From assembly GCA_001600695.1 (NCBI GenBank), contig BCKQ01000008.1:223781-287780 (forward strand): a stretch of DNA of 64,000 nt, read 5' to 3'. Source of the stretch: Ascoidea asiatica JCM 7603. Lineage: Eukaryota; Fungi; Ascomycota. The translations under genes and the position numbers were made by a program. Shown in pieces: positions 48,192 to 62,033 of this stretch. Positions within the stretch are counted from its first letter, which is position 1. Each line of letters opens with the position of its first letter. Below the pieces are notes generated by a model, which was given only the letters and a program-made list of their open reading frames with translations, searched no databases and was not told where the DNA came from.

Positions 48192-51100
48192 TATATTATG
48201 ACAAATAGTCGCTTACAGCTTTTACTAAGGGGATCCGTGAAACTGGATTCATATACACTTATTGATATATTTGTTAATTAAAATCATTTGTATGCATAAT
48301 AGCAAGTTTGTGATAATCCTGCGGCTGCTGCCAGAAATAACTCTGAAACTATTGACAAAGTTCTCTGCAGAGGTAGAAGACCATCACTCTTAGTGTCAAT
48401 GGTTTCGATTATGAAAGCACTTGAAATTAACTATTTTAAAAGGTAACAGAGTTTCTGCAGACAAAATATTAGGTACACGTATTGCAATCATAACACCATC
48501 CGAAATTCAAATTGTTGGATTCCATAATCAAGATGGTGACGATAATGAAGAATTGTGATTCAACTATGCTCCTTATTTTTCTATTTTATTAGTTTATATG
48601 TTCTTTTTTTCTTTGTATTTTTATCAATAATTTTTTTGTTCATTTTTCTAAAAAGTATAATATGAATTTTTTGCAAAGAACATAAAAAAGAGCCAACTAG
48701 TCACTTATATAAAATCACAGATGAGTTGAAAGAAAAGCCGTTGTTATCTTTGACATCTCTGACATCCTCTTTATCTTTAATATATTTAAAATATGAATAC
48801 TATAAAGTAATTTATAAAACTTTTAAAAATATTGTGGAATCCTGTATAAAATTTGTGTTTTTAAAGAATCTCAGCAGTAAAAAGTACCGTGTTTATGGTC
48901 TCTGTAACGGCAAATATTCGAGTTTGTGTTATATTTACTTTTTAAAGGCAAAAATCTTTTTAAAGAAACTTGGTAAAAGAAGTTTTCGAAGAATAAATGA
49001 AGTAGAAGAGGTGTTGAAAAGTGTTTATTATCTTAAAAAAAGTAAAATGGAATAAATGTACTAACTGACTTCCTCTATTTCATGTATACAAAAGCGCAAT
49101 CTTTCAATCCTCAGAGAAAAAATATACTTTTTTATGTATTACTTTTTGAAAAAAAAGAGGGTATTTCAGCCAAAGCTTTTATGATTTGGTATTTCAACTT
49201 TAACTGTATTCAATTATTCTATTATCGGTTGAGCCAATAGAGGAGTTACTTAATTACATTTTGCTATTTTTGAATGTCTTTCATATTTATATCTATTATG
49301 AGTTTCATATAAAATAATTTTAGAAGAAAATTAACACCTTCCTCAGAAAATTTTTTTCTTGACTTTTTAATGAGGTTCCCGAATATGATTGCTAGAAAAA
49401 TTGTAAATTTTCATCATATTTTATTTACTTGGAGGACCAATAGGTAAAAATTTTCTATATCTCTCTTAATTTGAATATTTTCATAAGAATAATTATAGTT
49501 TATATTAGATGAGTTTTTTTGTTTTTGAGAATTATCTATACTCATATTGATATTCTTTTGAGGTAGAATAAAAATTCTTGAAAGTTCAAGCAAACATTAT
49601 TAATATCTGGATTAATAATCTCGGGTCTATTATCAAATGAAACTTATCAATTATAACCTATTTAAAGTATTCGCTGGTAAATGATAATTTTCCTTATAAA
49701 TTCTTGATATTAATATGTTTTTATCTTTTAATTTCGATTTGTAAAAGATTGGTACGGTACTACTGGTAGCAACGTAATTGTTTATAATTCGAATTTGGAT
49801 TAGCCTATAATTAATTAAAATAAAATACTCTTTACTACAGAAAACCCACTTGTAAATTTCCATTATTTGTTTTTTAAAAAATACCTTTACTAACAGGATT
49901 CAAAAAAAAAACCACTTAAGAGCACCACTAATGATAATAGAGACTGTATGCATAACCCTACTCCCCCAGTTTAATACGTAAAATTTAATATTTAATATTT
50001 AATATTTATGAATGTTTAGGCAGCCCTAATTCAATTTTGATGTAGTATTACGCTTCAAAATTCCAGGATATAACGTTACATTCGTAAATATTGAATCTGG
50101 TTACAAAAAGTAATTTTTATATTGAAGTATTTAATTTCATAAAATCAGATTTTTTTATTTAATAACAAATTTTTTGATAATCGAAACTATCAATCAAACA
50201 AAGTCCATATTAGATCCTTATTTTTTTTTATTAAAATAATCGAGTCATATTTTCTTTTTTGATTTATTGATGGGGATTTTATGTTACATATTTTCTAACA
50301 TTTTTGAAAACTTAGCTTTCTAATTAGTTTTATAGACTTTTTTCAATGAAACTAGTATCGATGGATTAAAATTGCAATCCTGGCAATAATATATTAATAC
50401 TTTTTTCAACCAAATGTGAAAGCTCATAGATGGTCACTTTAATGAAAAAATTTGAAATTGAAAAGAGTCTAAGTAATTATACATTTATTAAAAATTGTTT
50501 GTTTACAGAAAAGATACATAAATGGAAAGTAATAGAGATACTTAGCTTTCCTTTATTTGAAGTAATATTTTTAACCTATTTATTTTTTCTTTTATTCGTA
50601 TGACCAAAAACTCTTGTATATCTACGCGTTGATGATAAGTAAAAAAAATGAACAATAATATGTTGTTTTTGTTATGCTATCCTAGAAACGCGTAAGTTTC
50701 TATAATAAAATTCGGGCAATTGTTACTTATTTAAACACGTAAAGTTTAATAATTGAATTTCATTGTAATTATAATTGTAATTGTAATTGTATACAACGCG
50801 AAAAGTATATTATTTTTTTTTTTTTTTTTCTCAAGTATTTCAAGTATCTCTTCTAGAGATTGGGTCCCACTGTTACGGGTATCACTGTATCACTGTATCA
50901 CTGTATCGCTGTCTCCCTGCTGTCGCTGTTGCTTGTGGTGAGCAGCCGGTAAGACATCCGTCTGGATCCTCCTCACACCTACAGCAGGAGAAATAACTGT
51001 GAGTTAAGTTACTAGTGACTATTCGAGTAATGCTTATTGTCTGATTTGAACCAATATATTTCAATCTTGAACTCAAAAAGTAGAAGTAGCTGTGGTTTTC

Positions 51101-53541
51101 TTGAAGTGAAACTAGAATTGAAATAAAATGAAATGAAAGGTGAAATGAATAACATGTAATTAATTGAATAGTTGTTTTTTTGCTTGCAATTAAACCATTT
51201 AACTTGTTGATTATAGTAAAAATCTGGTTAATAGTTTAAATTCAATTTAAAATAATTTTATGTCTAAAGTTTTTAGGTATAACCAATTGAAAGATTTTAA
51301 TATAGAGAATTATGAAAAACAAAAAAAAAAAAAAAATAAGATCTTGAGAATTAATTCTAATTATTTAACTTCGGACTATATACTTGTTTTCTTTTCCCTA
51401 GAATCATAAATATTGTTAACACTATTAACAGATTATGTTTAATTTGAAACTAGATTGACTTTATTTATGTTATCTCAAATTCATTACCAAACAAAATGAA
51501 TTATGTAGTTAGTGGTCTTAATTTAAATTTTTTCGAAAAATATTGGATAAATATAATATATTCATTACAGCATATGATACATATTACATCTATTATATAC
51601 TTGTATTATTGATTACTGAAAGAACTGTCAATAATATTTCTCGTTAATGATTAAAATATTCAATATATCAATATTAACTATAATTTAATAGCTAATATTC
51701 GTGAATAAAGAATATAATTAAAGTACTCATAGTAATGGTTACAGTTGTTCAGAGCTCTTAAAACAATGATACTGTAGGTATTGTATGCAAATTGAAACTT
51801 GATATAACTTAACGCAATTACCTATCCACTGAGGAATCATTCTCACAACACCCTTAAATTTTGCGCGAAATTTGTATGGTAAACGTTAAAAATCATACCC
51901 TTTACAGCATATAATCAGACATTTTGTATTAACAAATAAAACTTCTAGTTTTATTAGTATAAGATTGTAACAATATATATTAAGAATGAAACTCAAGATA
52001 CTTACCTATATTGAGAACAGCAAAAGTCTAACACTAGTTTCTCATTTGAAAAATTCCCTAAAAAAATATAAAAAAAAATATAATAGCTATCAGTCTCATA
52101 AATAACTGATCACGGATATATTATTTACTTAATAATATGAAATAAAATAACCAGAATCATTATTAATTTTTTTCTCTAGACTAAAATCCGGTAAATTCAA
52201 AAATTAGAATTTACCATGAAAAATCTCAAATTCAATATAATGTACACTTCAGTACCTAGCTTTATATCAGGATTAGTACAAAGTATTATCGATGTATAGT
52301 TCTGTATATACAGGTATTTTTTTTGATTTATGCCTTATACAAAATTACTTAATTTCACTTAGGAACACACTTACAATGTTATAATATAAATAAAAATACT
52401 TTAGAACTGATGCCCCTCTGCTAATAGGACAAGCATAAACAATTAATAATAAAACAATTGAATGAAGTAATATTGGGGGAAAAGTTAGAATGTGGTTTTT
52501 TTCAAAGAGGAGAGAATGACTGTACATAAGTTGAACATACAGAATAATATGCATGTAAACTTGAGATATTGTTTATATTGCTCCCGGGTAACATGGATAT
52601 TTAAAACCATGCCGTAAAGTGCTGTGTGGGTGGAAGTTGTTATTCACCAATTAAAGGCTCCGAATGAGGTGAAGTCCAAATTCTGAATTTCTATTTGCTT
52701 CTGGTTACATTAATTATCAAAACAATTATTTTTGGAAATATTTTATGTAAAATCCAAATCAAGAAAGTGAATTAAATGACTAACTCTAAAATCTAGACAT
52801 TCAATCAATACGAGTAAATTTCATTTACAAGCCAAAAAAAAACAAAGTCGTCGTATCGAATAGAACTTAACTTACCCAATATTACAAAATATCTCATTAT
52901 CATTTTCAATATCTTGATCTGTACAGCCAATTCAGAAGCCTCCCGCAACTTCTTGGGCAGTAAGCAGTGAGTTACACTCAAAAAAAGCTGCCCATAGCAC
53001 CGCACTGTATGTTTTGCTGAAAATAACGTAAACTAGTTTGTGGCAAAAATAGTTCAATGAAAAGACATACTGAAGCACACTGCAAGCACTGCAAAAGTTC
53101 AACAAAAATATGTTACTCATACAAATGTATAACTTTGCAATAAATATATTAGTAAAGGTACAAGACTTTAAGAAAATATCTCACTTTTTTAGAAAAAATA
53201 TAAATATTCATTGATATTTCCCTTTCAAAAAGCAGTTATATTTTTGTCTATGTTTTGATTAAAACTAATTCTTATCAATTTATATTTATGGAATCTCCAT
53301 TTTAAATTATTATAAATAAAAATTCAATTCTAAAGTATTTTCAATTCAATAGCTTTTGATTAATATTATATTCAAATCTATTTTATTTTATTTATTTATA
53401 TATACTTACTTGTTACTTATTAATACCTTTTCTTGCTAAGATTTCACTTCAACATACTAAAAACAAAAAAAAAATTTATATTTTACTTCCACATACTTCA
53501 TTTAGACATAATTTCACACAATTATTAGTACTTTATTAAAA

Positions 53542-54628
53542 ATGTCTTCAAATCAAAATTCTTATAATATTTATGATACTCAAAATCAACAAAATCCAGC
53601 TAATGCTTCAACAACAAATTTATCTGGTAATGATCAAAGACAAAATCAACAATCACAATCACAATCACAATCAACAATTCAACAAAATCCTCAAGCTCAA
53701 CAACAATTTTATAATTATAGTACAAGTAGATCTCCAAATACTTATCCAACAAATACAAATTATTATGCATCTACTACTTCAACAACTACAAATCCAACAA
53801 CGACTGATTATTCAAATTTACAAAATCCAGCCTCAAATCCATATATGACTTTTCCTCAATATTCAGCTAATCCATCTGATGCTTTAAATCAACAGACGAA
53901 TCAAACTCAACCAGCTTCAATTAAAGCTGAAAAAGATTTAGATCCAAATAAAAAAAGTGTAGTTTCAACTACAAATAATGTAGTTACAACAGCAGCTACT
54001 GGTTTTACAAATTATGGTAATCAATTAATGGCTCCGAATTGGCAAATGCCATTTAGAGGTCCACCTGCTACTTTTATTCCTCAAAAACCAAGATTAACAA
54101 CAACTTATTGGGAAGATGAAAATACAGTTTGTTATCAAGTTGAATGTCGTAATATAACTGTATCAAGAAGAGGTGATACAAATTTTATTAATGGTACTAA
54201 ATTATTAAATGTAACTGGAATGACAAGAGGTAGAAGAGATGGTATATTAAAAACTGAAAAAACTAGATTTGTTGTTAAAATTGGTGCAATGAATTTGAAA
54301 GGTGTTTGGATTCCATTTGAAAGAGCTTTTGAATTAGCAAGAAATGAAGGTATTGCAGATCTACTATTTCCTTTATTTGTTAATGATATTAAAGGTTTTT
54401 ATGCAAAATCAAATGCTCACGTTGGTCAACAACCCCCTCAATTTTGGCAACCAATGCCAATGGATCCTTATAATCCTCAAGCAACTCAAGAGGCAACTTT
54501 AGATTCAAATGGTAATCAAATTCAATTTTATCCAAATTATCCTTATACAAATTATTATCCAAATACAAATTTACAAAATCAATATATGTATTATAATTAT
54601 CAACAACCTCTTCAACAACCACAGGCTC

Positions 54629-54660
<32 letters not shown>

Positions 54661-54807
54661 CCACAACCTCAACAAGCTCAACAAGCTCAACAAGTTCAGC
54701 AAACTCAACAAATCCAGCAAGCCCAACAACAACAACAACAACCAATACCTGCTCAATCTTTACCTGTTCAAGGAGAAAAGAAAAAACGCACCAGAAAACA
54801 GCATTAA
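53542..54807 (+). CDS. EFH1: APSES transcription factor (Efg1/Phd1/Sok2 family, Efh1-like subtype) with Q/N-rich arms
   Basis: [11 protein letters not shown]...[32 protein letters not shown]...[26 protein letters not shown] and ARNEG fit Candida Efh1 better than Efg1 as recalled. The family is certain; the subtype is less so. Confidence 0.85.
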
Positions 54808-55004
54808 ATATTATAGAAATTTAGAGTTAAAATGAAATTAAAATGAGTTCAATTCTGAAAAATTTCTTTACAGTTATTATATTATTATATATTACTCAAT
54901 CTTTTTATCATTTATCCCTTTTTCTTTTTTTCTTTTTTTCTTTATCATTTCATGTTTGTAATATCTAAATAAATATATTGTGGGTAATTGATTTCTTTAC
55001 GATT

Positions 55005-55653
55005 TGACAGCCAGTGCCTCTTTTGTGCTAATTAGATGCCTTCATAAAAGGTCTGGAACTTAACGCATGCTGCGCACAGAAAAAAAAGTGGACTGTTGAC
55101 TACCGAAAATGTAGATGATGATTAGTACTTTCTTACCTGCTCTGTAGCAACTCTTTACTTTTATGGTTTAATATAGAATGTTGTGAAAATGGTGTAATCA
55201 TATGATATATGATATTGTGTTGTAGAGTATGAGAACTCAGGCTCATACATATTTTCCTCCTTTCGATAGAAGATCTGACGTTACTTTGCTGTGCAGGTTA
55301 ACTAAGCCAGCAGAATGGCACCACTACAACGCGCTCCATTCTGGTACTCTCACTCTCTTGCCACACTCCCGGCGGTGTGAGAAGAGGTAAACACTGTAGG
55401 AGATATCCCTACCGCCGGGCCACTCAATCTCACCATAAAGCAGCAGAACAAACCAGCGCAAATTTTCACGCACCCACGCAGCCTCAAATTTATCAAGCGC
55501 TGTGGTCCATAGCACTAATAGGTGGATAGATAAATACGAGGCGCTTAAGTGGTTCTTTACGGTTACGATTACGTTTACACTTTAGTTGAGTTACGGCTGT
55601 TATAGCACTTCTAGGGTATTTGTTGGTGTTATTGGGATCCGGATAAATTTTTG
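55005..55653 (+). ncRNA. Candidate structured ncRNA (telomerase-RNA-like hypothesis)
   Basis: GC-enriched island between convergent genes, at least 8 helices including 5'/3' end pairing, G-U pairs favouring the + strand, Sm-like AATTTTTG at 55646-55653, CACGCACCCACGCA at 55467-55480. Confidence 0.4.
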
Positions 55654-56145
55654 TTTTTACTGATAATACAGGTTTATAAAATAAAGTTCATTTATCAATA
55701 ATTATTTTTAAAGCAGATAATGTTACAGAATAGTACTTTTCGTAATGTTTTTTGGGACATAAAATATCCCTTTCTGTTACTTCCACTTGGCTATAGAGAA
55801 TTTCAAAACAGTTGCTGTAATTCACTTAATATCGCGATATCAATTTTCTATTATTTGAAGCTCAAAAAAAAATTGATTTAATAACGAGATTCAATTTTGA
55901 TAAAATTTCTGGAAACGGAAAAATTACAAATTCAATTCAATTTCAATATATGTAACTCAAGCTTTAGATTATAATAATAATACAGAATTGTAGTAACACA
56001 AAATTAGAATTCTGTTTCATAAATAAAAGTCTAAGGAAACCCAAACGCATATGTGAACTTGAACGTAATGTAAATTTATACTACGGGCGTTACAGAATAC
56101 AAAATAGTTTTAGATATTCTGAATGGGAATGCTTACTAAGCTGAT

Positions 56146-56218
56146 GGTCGACTGGTCTAGAGGTAACGACGTCTCGTTCACACCGAGAAGGTCCCGAGTT
56201 CGAACCTCGGGTTGATCA
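56146..56218 (+). tRNA. tRNA-Val (anticodon CAC)
   Basis: GGTCGAC/GTTGATC acceptor, TCTCG-TTCACAC-CGAGA anticodon arm, CCGAG-TTCGAAC-CTCGG T arm, oligo-T downstream. Confidence 0.95.
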
Positions 56219-56675
56219 TTGCTTCTTTTTTTTTGTTTTTATATTGCTAATATGTTTCTAAAATTTTCTTATTATTTTATTTTTTCTTTTTACAAGTCTA
56301 ATTAATGAAATACACTAGAGGTTTGCATTTCTTGAATAAAAATTTCAATAAATTTAAGACAAAAAAAAATTATATATAGCAAAATGGTTCGTTTCCAGAA
56401 ACAAAAAGAACAATTATTAATAAGGAAACAAAAAAGATAGGAAAGAAGAGCTATAAAAAAAACTAAGATAAGAAATATAAAATCAAATACGAAAAGATAA
56501 AATAAGTCAAAAAGAAATAAAAAAGAGTAAAAAAAAAAAACAGAACAAAAACTCATTACATTGAAAAATCTGAGGCAGAAAGGAAGAAAACTAACAAAAA
56601 CCAAAAAAAAGTCAAACTAAAAGTTAATTTCCATTTGAAATACAGGCAAAAGCCAAAAAACTTTTAAAGTCAAAC

Positions 56676-59600
56676 TTAACGTCTTTTATGAAATAAATTT
56701 GATAATTTTTTGCTCACAGAAGCTTCTGGTTTATTATTTGTATTCTGAGAAACATTTGGATTTACTTCTTGATTTCTTCCAAGAAGTCTATATCCAGAAT
56801 TAGCATGATGAGTTTGACTTTCATCATATCTATAGCTTATAATACCTCCATGACCCTTTTGGGTCTTTTGAGTTTGTTTTCTAGTTTGATATCTGTTAAA
56901 ATTATCAGTTTTACTTACTTCCGGATTTAATTTATCCAGATGATTTATTGAACTATTACTATTAATTAGCCTTTTTAGATTAGAATTTTGACCAGGTGAT
57001 TGAGGATTTTTTAATTCAATAAATGGGTTCATAATACTTTGATTATCAGTCATATTAGTTGAATATGTTGAAAGTTCATCTCCCATATTATAGACAGATT
57101 GTGTTTGAGATTGTTCATCAGAAAATGGCACTCTCGAGGAAAATGATGGTGCTCTGTTAATTTTATTGGCTCCTTCATTAACTCCTATCTCATTTAAGGT
57201 ATGAGCTGAGCCTGTATTAACAGAATAAAGTGATTGATTGTATGAGTTGACCGACCTATTTTCTTCATCAATTAATTCATTGTTTCTATTAACTAATTCA
57301 TCTCGAGAAACCATTGTACTTGTATCATTATCAATATCTTCCACATTACTACTATTAGTATTGCTATTAACATTATTGTTAATATCATTTTTATAAGTTG
57401 TTTCAATAATAGAGTGATTTGAATGACTGTTACTTTTCATCATTTGAGTATTTCCTTTATTTATAAAATTTGATCTATTATAACTATTATTATCAGTCGA
57501 AATTTGATCAGAGAATTGACTATATTCGGAATATGCATTAGAATATTGAGGAGATATAGACTCATCAACACTATCCAAATTTTTAAGTGTTGTGATTGAT
57601 GCTTGCACTGAAGGTTTTCTATCCATTTCCATTGGAGATTTATATTGCTTTAACAGATTCATAGTGTTTGTAGAGGATGAGACTCTTTTACTCATTCTAT
57701 CGGGATTAATCGAACTAATCAGCGATCCTGTTAAAATTTTAGATCCGGATGAACTGGAGATATTAACTGATGATGTTCTCATATCTTTTCTTTTATCTTT
57801 TTGCCTATCAAATCTATTTAACTGTTTTTGTATCTTTTCTTGTTCTCTTTTAGCCACTTCACTTTCATATTTTTGTTTTTCAGCTTTTTGTTGTAAAACC
57901 TTTTCTTCTTTCATTTTTTTTTTAATTTCTTCTGCTTTGTGTTTTTTCTCATTTTCTTCTTCTCTTCTTTTATTTATTTCATCCTTTAAAATATTTTCTA
58001 CTACTACTTTTTCTTTATCAAATTTTTTAGAAACCATTAATACATTTAAAGTTCGTAGCATCAATCTCATATCACTCCCAAGAGAAGCTGTTTCATAAAT
58101 AAATTGTAACAGAATATCTGAGGGAGGTAAAGAATCACTTGCACATAACACTTTCAATGAGTAACTACTCTTTCCACTTGATCCCTTGAATAAATAAGAT
58201 GATTCATCTCCTAAATGGGAAAATAAACTACTTTCTTGAGAAAATAATGAATCCCTATTATCACAATTTTTAATTTCTTGATTTGAATCAAAGTTCTCAT
58301 TTAGTCCAATTCCGACTTCAAAATTATCATGATCAGAATCTGTATCCGAAGATACTTTATCGTTGTTATTTTTATCTTCTTCTATTGGACAATTTTCTAA
58401 ACTACGAAAACTATCTTTAAATATTGGATCTATTTCTTCGCTGGGCATATTATTCTTATCATTGACTTTACCAAGATTTAAACTATATTCTTTCAGATCA
58501 TTTAAAGTATTTCTAAATTTGATAGATTTTTCTTTTGACTTCAAAGATTTTTTATTTCTCCTAAAATTATTTCTAGCTTCAGAAGTTCTTTTCAGAAGAG
58601 TTAGGTCCATATCATTTGAATCAAGACTTTTTACAAAATATCTAGTTTCTTTAAAAATTTCAAACTTTTCATTCAATTTTTGACCAAAAAGTTGTTCGTA
58701 CTTACTTGATAAATATGCTGCATATTTTTCAATATAATACTCCTTCCTACCTATTATCACATAAAGTACTTCGGATATTAAATCAAATAAAAGAGGTAGT
58801 TCATAAAATTTTGCAATTAATAACATATCTAAAGTATCTGGCAAAAGCCATTTGGAACCAATTTCCCCTGTAAAAAAAAATTCTGCAAGATTTTTAACAG
58901 TTGATGATGGAAAAGGGAGGTACAAAGTTCTTGGTATTAAAAGAGACATCAATGATCCTTCTTGTAATGATGAAAAATGATCTAATAAAATAGAAGCATT
59001 TTTATCTTTTAAACTTTCTTCACCTTTTTCTAAAGGTTCATTTTCTTTATTTTTTTCATGAACTAAATTAGAAGTTCTTGAAGAATTGTTTTGTAAAAAT
59101 GATTTACTAAATAATGAATGAGAAGTACTATCCGGAACGTTTGATGTATTGTTCTCAGCTTCTATCCTTTCATATTCCAAAGATTCAACTTGAATTTCAG
59201 AAGGAATTGGTAATGGAGAGGTAGGTTCTGGTGTTATAGTAGGTAAAAGAACAGATTCCGAAGCATTCTTACTGTTCTGTTCTTCAATAGAATCACTGGT
59301 ATATGTTGAAAGAAAACTATATGCTGAAACAACTGACTGTTGTCTCTGTTCTCTTCTTTCTGGATCTATTTGAAGCATTGCATTATCTATATTTGAATAA
59401 TTTGATGAACTAGCATTAGATTTAACATTATATAAGTTCAATAAATTTTGTTGTTGATCATATTCTTTATTAGGAAGGAAATTAAAAAGTAATGAATTTT
59501 TAGATATATTAGGAATATTAGGAAGAGTATGATTATTCAAATTAGCATTTTGATTAATATGCAGACTTACAATTTGACTAGGATTCAGATTCACATCTAA

Positions 59601-60589
59601 AGTAGAAAACATATTGTTTTTCTTTGAATCAGATAATTGTTCTTGTAAATTAGTAACAGCTTTAGCATAAGCTCGTACTAATAAATTATGAAAGCAGGAA
59701 CCCCATCTTTTTCTTAAAAGAAACAATGGAACTGGAGTAATTGTACCTTCAGCACTTACAAGTTGAAAATCAGATAATGAATTACAATATCTTTCAAATG
59801 CATTTCTTCCTAATGCTACAGCTGCTGGAGGTAAAACTGATCTTGAAGATGTTAATCTTGAAGGTGGTGCTGCATAATGAGCATAATTTGCAAAAGTCGC
59901 CTGATTTTTTAAATCTGGTTGATAATTATTAAATTGCTTTTTTTTATTTATTGGTGAGTTTTTTTGAGCTTGTAAAGACAAATTAAATAATGGAGTTATA
60001 GTATCATTATCAATTGAAGGATTTTTCATAATTTCAAAAGACTCTTTACCAGTCATTATATTTATAGTTGGTAAATCAACAACCATTATAGAATCAAATC
60101 TTTGAATAGAAGGGGATTCATTACTGAATTTTTTTATTGAAGAACCTAATAAAATGAATTTATGATGAGATTCCCATATAAAACTTTTAAAAAATGTATA
60201 TGGAAAATTTTTTTTGTTATTTAATGATGAACCTAAAGGTAATAATGACCAAGTTGAATTTGGTCTATTAAAGATATAAACTAAAGGTTCATTTGAATCT
60301 AAATTGAACCCAGATATTAAAATACTTGAAGCAAATAAACCACCAGAAGGAAAAATTAAATTGTTTGGTAAATGTTTATGAGAATCTTCATCAGAATTTG
60401 ATATTGATAATCTTTTAGCTAATGAACCAAATTTTAATTCATATGCTAGTATAGGATTTGGTTCTTGTTTTATTAATTTTTTATCATCATTTTTAAAAGG
60501 TGAATAAAAAAGTAAAGTATCATTAATATTCAGAGTGAAGTTGTGAATTGAGCTTGCAGATTTTTTATTATTATTATTGTTATTATCTC

Positions 60590-60622
<33 letters not shown>

Positions 60623-61126
60623 GATTTTTATTATTTATATTAGTATTCTTTATATTATTAGAATTATCATTTATACTATTAAAATTATTTGAATCATTTA
60701 TATCATCTAAATTATCTAAACTATTTAAATTATTATCATTTAATTCATAAGATAAAAAATGAGAAGATGATGAAAACATAATATTATTTTCTTGAGTTAT
60801 TGATAATCTTGAAATATCCGAATTATAAGATTGATTTAATTGAAATGGAATTGCATTTAAACTTGATTGATGATTAATTTCAATTGTTGAATTTATTGAA
60901 TTTTTTCTTTTAGTTATTGAATTTGATAACCAAGTATTTTTTTTTAAATCAAAAATAATTAAATTATTAATTAATTTATCTTGATAATTTCTACCACCAG
61001 TTATTACAATTGCATCACTTTTTAAATTCTGATTTGGATTAAATTTATTTTTAATATTAAAATTATTATCATAATTGCTATTATTATTATTACTACTACT
61101 ATTATTATTACTACTATTATTACTAC

Positions 61127-61181
<55 letters not shown>

Positions 61182-62033
61182 GTTACTATTATTATAAGAA
61201 GAATTAATATTTGATAATTTTGAAATATCATTAACTATAGCCATTTGATGATTATATCTTTTTGTATTATTTGGATCAGATAAAGTTGGAGAAAAATCAG
61301 ATAAACAAGACCATTTTGAATTAATTAAATCAAATTGCCATAAATCATTAGATGGTATTAAATGATTAATTGAATCATCAAATATTAAACCACCATAAAT
61401 ATAAATTTTTGATTTAAATGATATCATTGAATGAAATAATCTTGGTTTTGGTTTAATTATCAAATTTTTTTTTAAAGTATTATTTGTATTATTTGAATTA
61501 TTTGAATTATTTGAATTATTTGAATTATTTGAATTATTTGAGTTATTTTCACCTAATAAACTAATTTTTTTCCAAGATCTTTTAATTAAACTTAAATAAA
61601 AGATTTCATTTGAAATAAAATTATTTAAATTTATATTTAAATTTATTAAAGAATTATTTAAATTAATTTTATTTAAATTTAAATTTAAGAAATTATCATT
61701 TAAGGAATTTGGAAGTAAATTATTATTATTATTATAATTATTATTATTATTATTATTATTAGTTAAAGAATTTAAAAAATTTATTAAAGAATTTTCAATA
61801 TTGTTAATTGTTATTACATTTAAGTTATTTAATGGAATTGTTAAACCACCATAAACAAAAATATTTGAACGATATAAGATTGAAGAAGAACCAGTTCTTG
61901 AAATTAATAAATTTCTTTCATTTTGTAAATTATTAATTAATGAATTATTATATTTTTCATTATTGATATTTAAATTAGATTTAGGTAAATTAAGTGAATA
62001 AACAGTTGCAGGTGTTGGTAATAAAGGAGCCAT
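56676..62033 (-). CDS. MDS3: Mds3/Pmd1 kelch-repeat regulator (TOR/sporulation), with poly-Asn inserts
   Basis: N-terminal PTPATVYSLNLP..RTGSSS..IFVYGGLT, PKPRLFHSM kelch repeats, FANYAHYAAP, LGRNAFER..SLSDF, LLRKRWG, IPRTLYLPF, IYETASL..DMRLMLR. Confidence 0.92.

Noticed and set aside
49888-49896. TACTAACAG branch/acceptor of a hidden spliced gene
   Set aside because: No consensus donor nearby and only a short, featureless downstream frame.
55125-55460. U1 snRNA (CTTACCTG at 55132) or snR30/U17 (ATATCCCTA, AAACCAG) identity for the island
   Set aside because: It lacks the ATACTTACC 5' end and U1-70K loop. The snR30-like words are imperfect and lack the flanking stem and ACA box. RNase P, MRP, SRP, U2 and U3 signatures were not found by eye.
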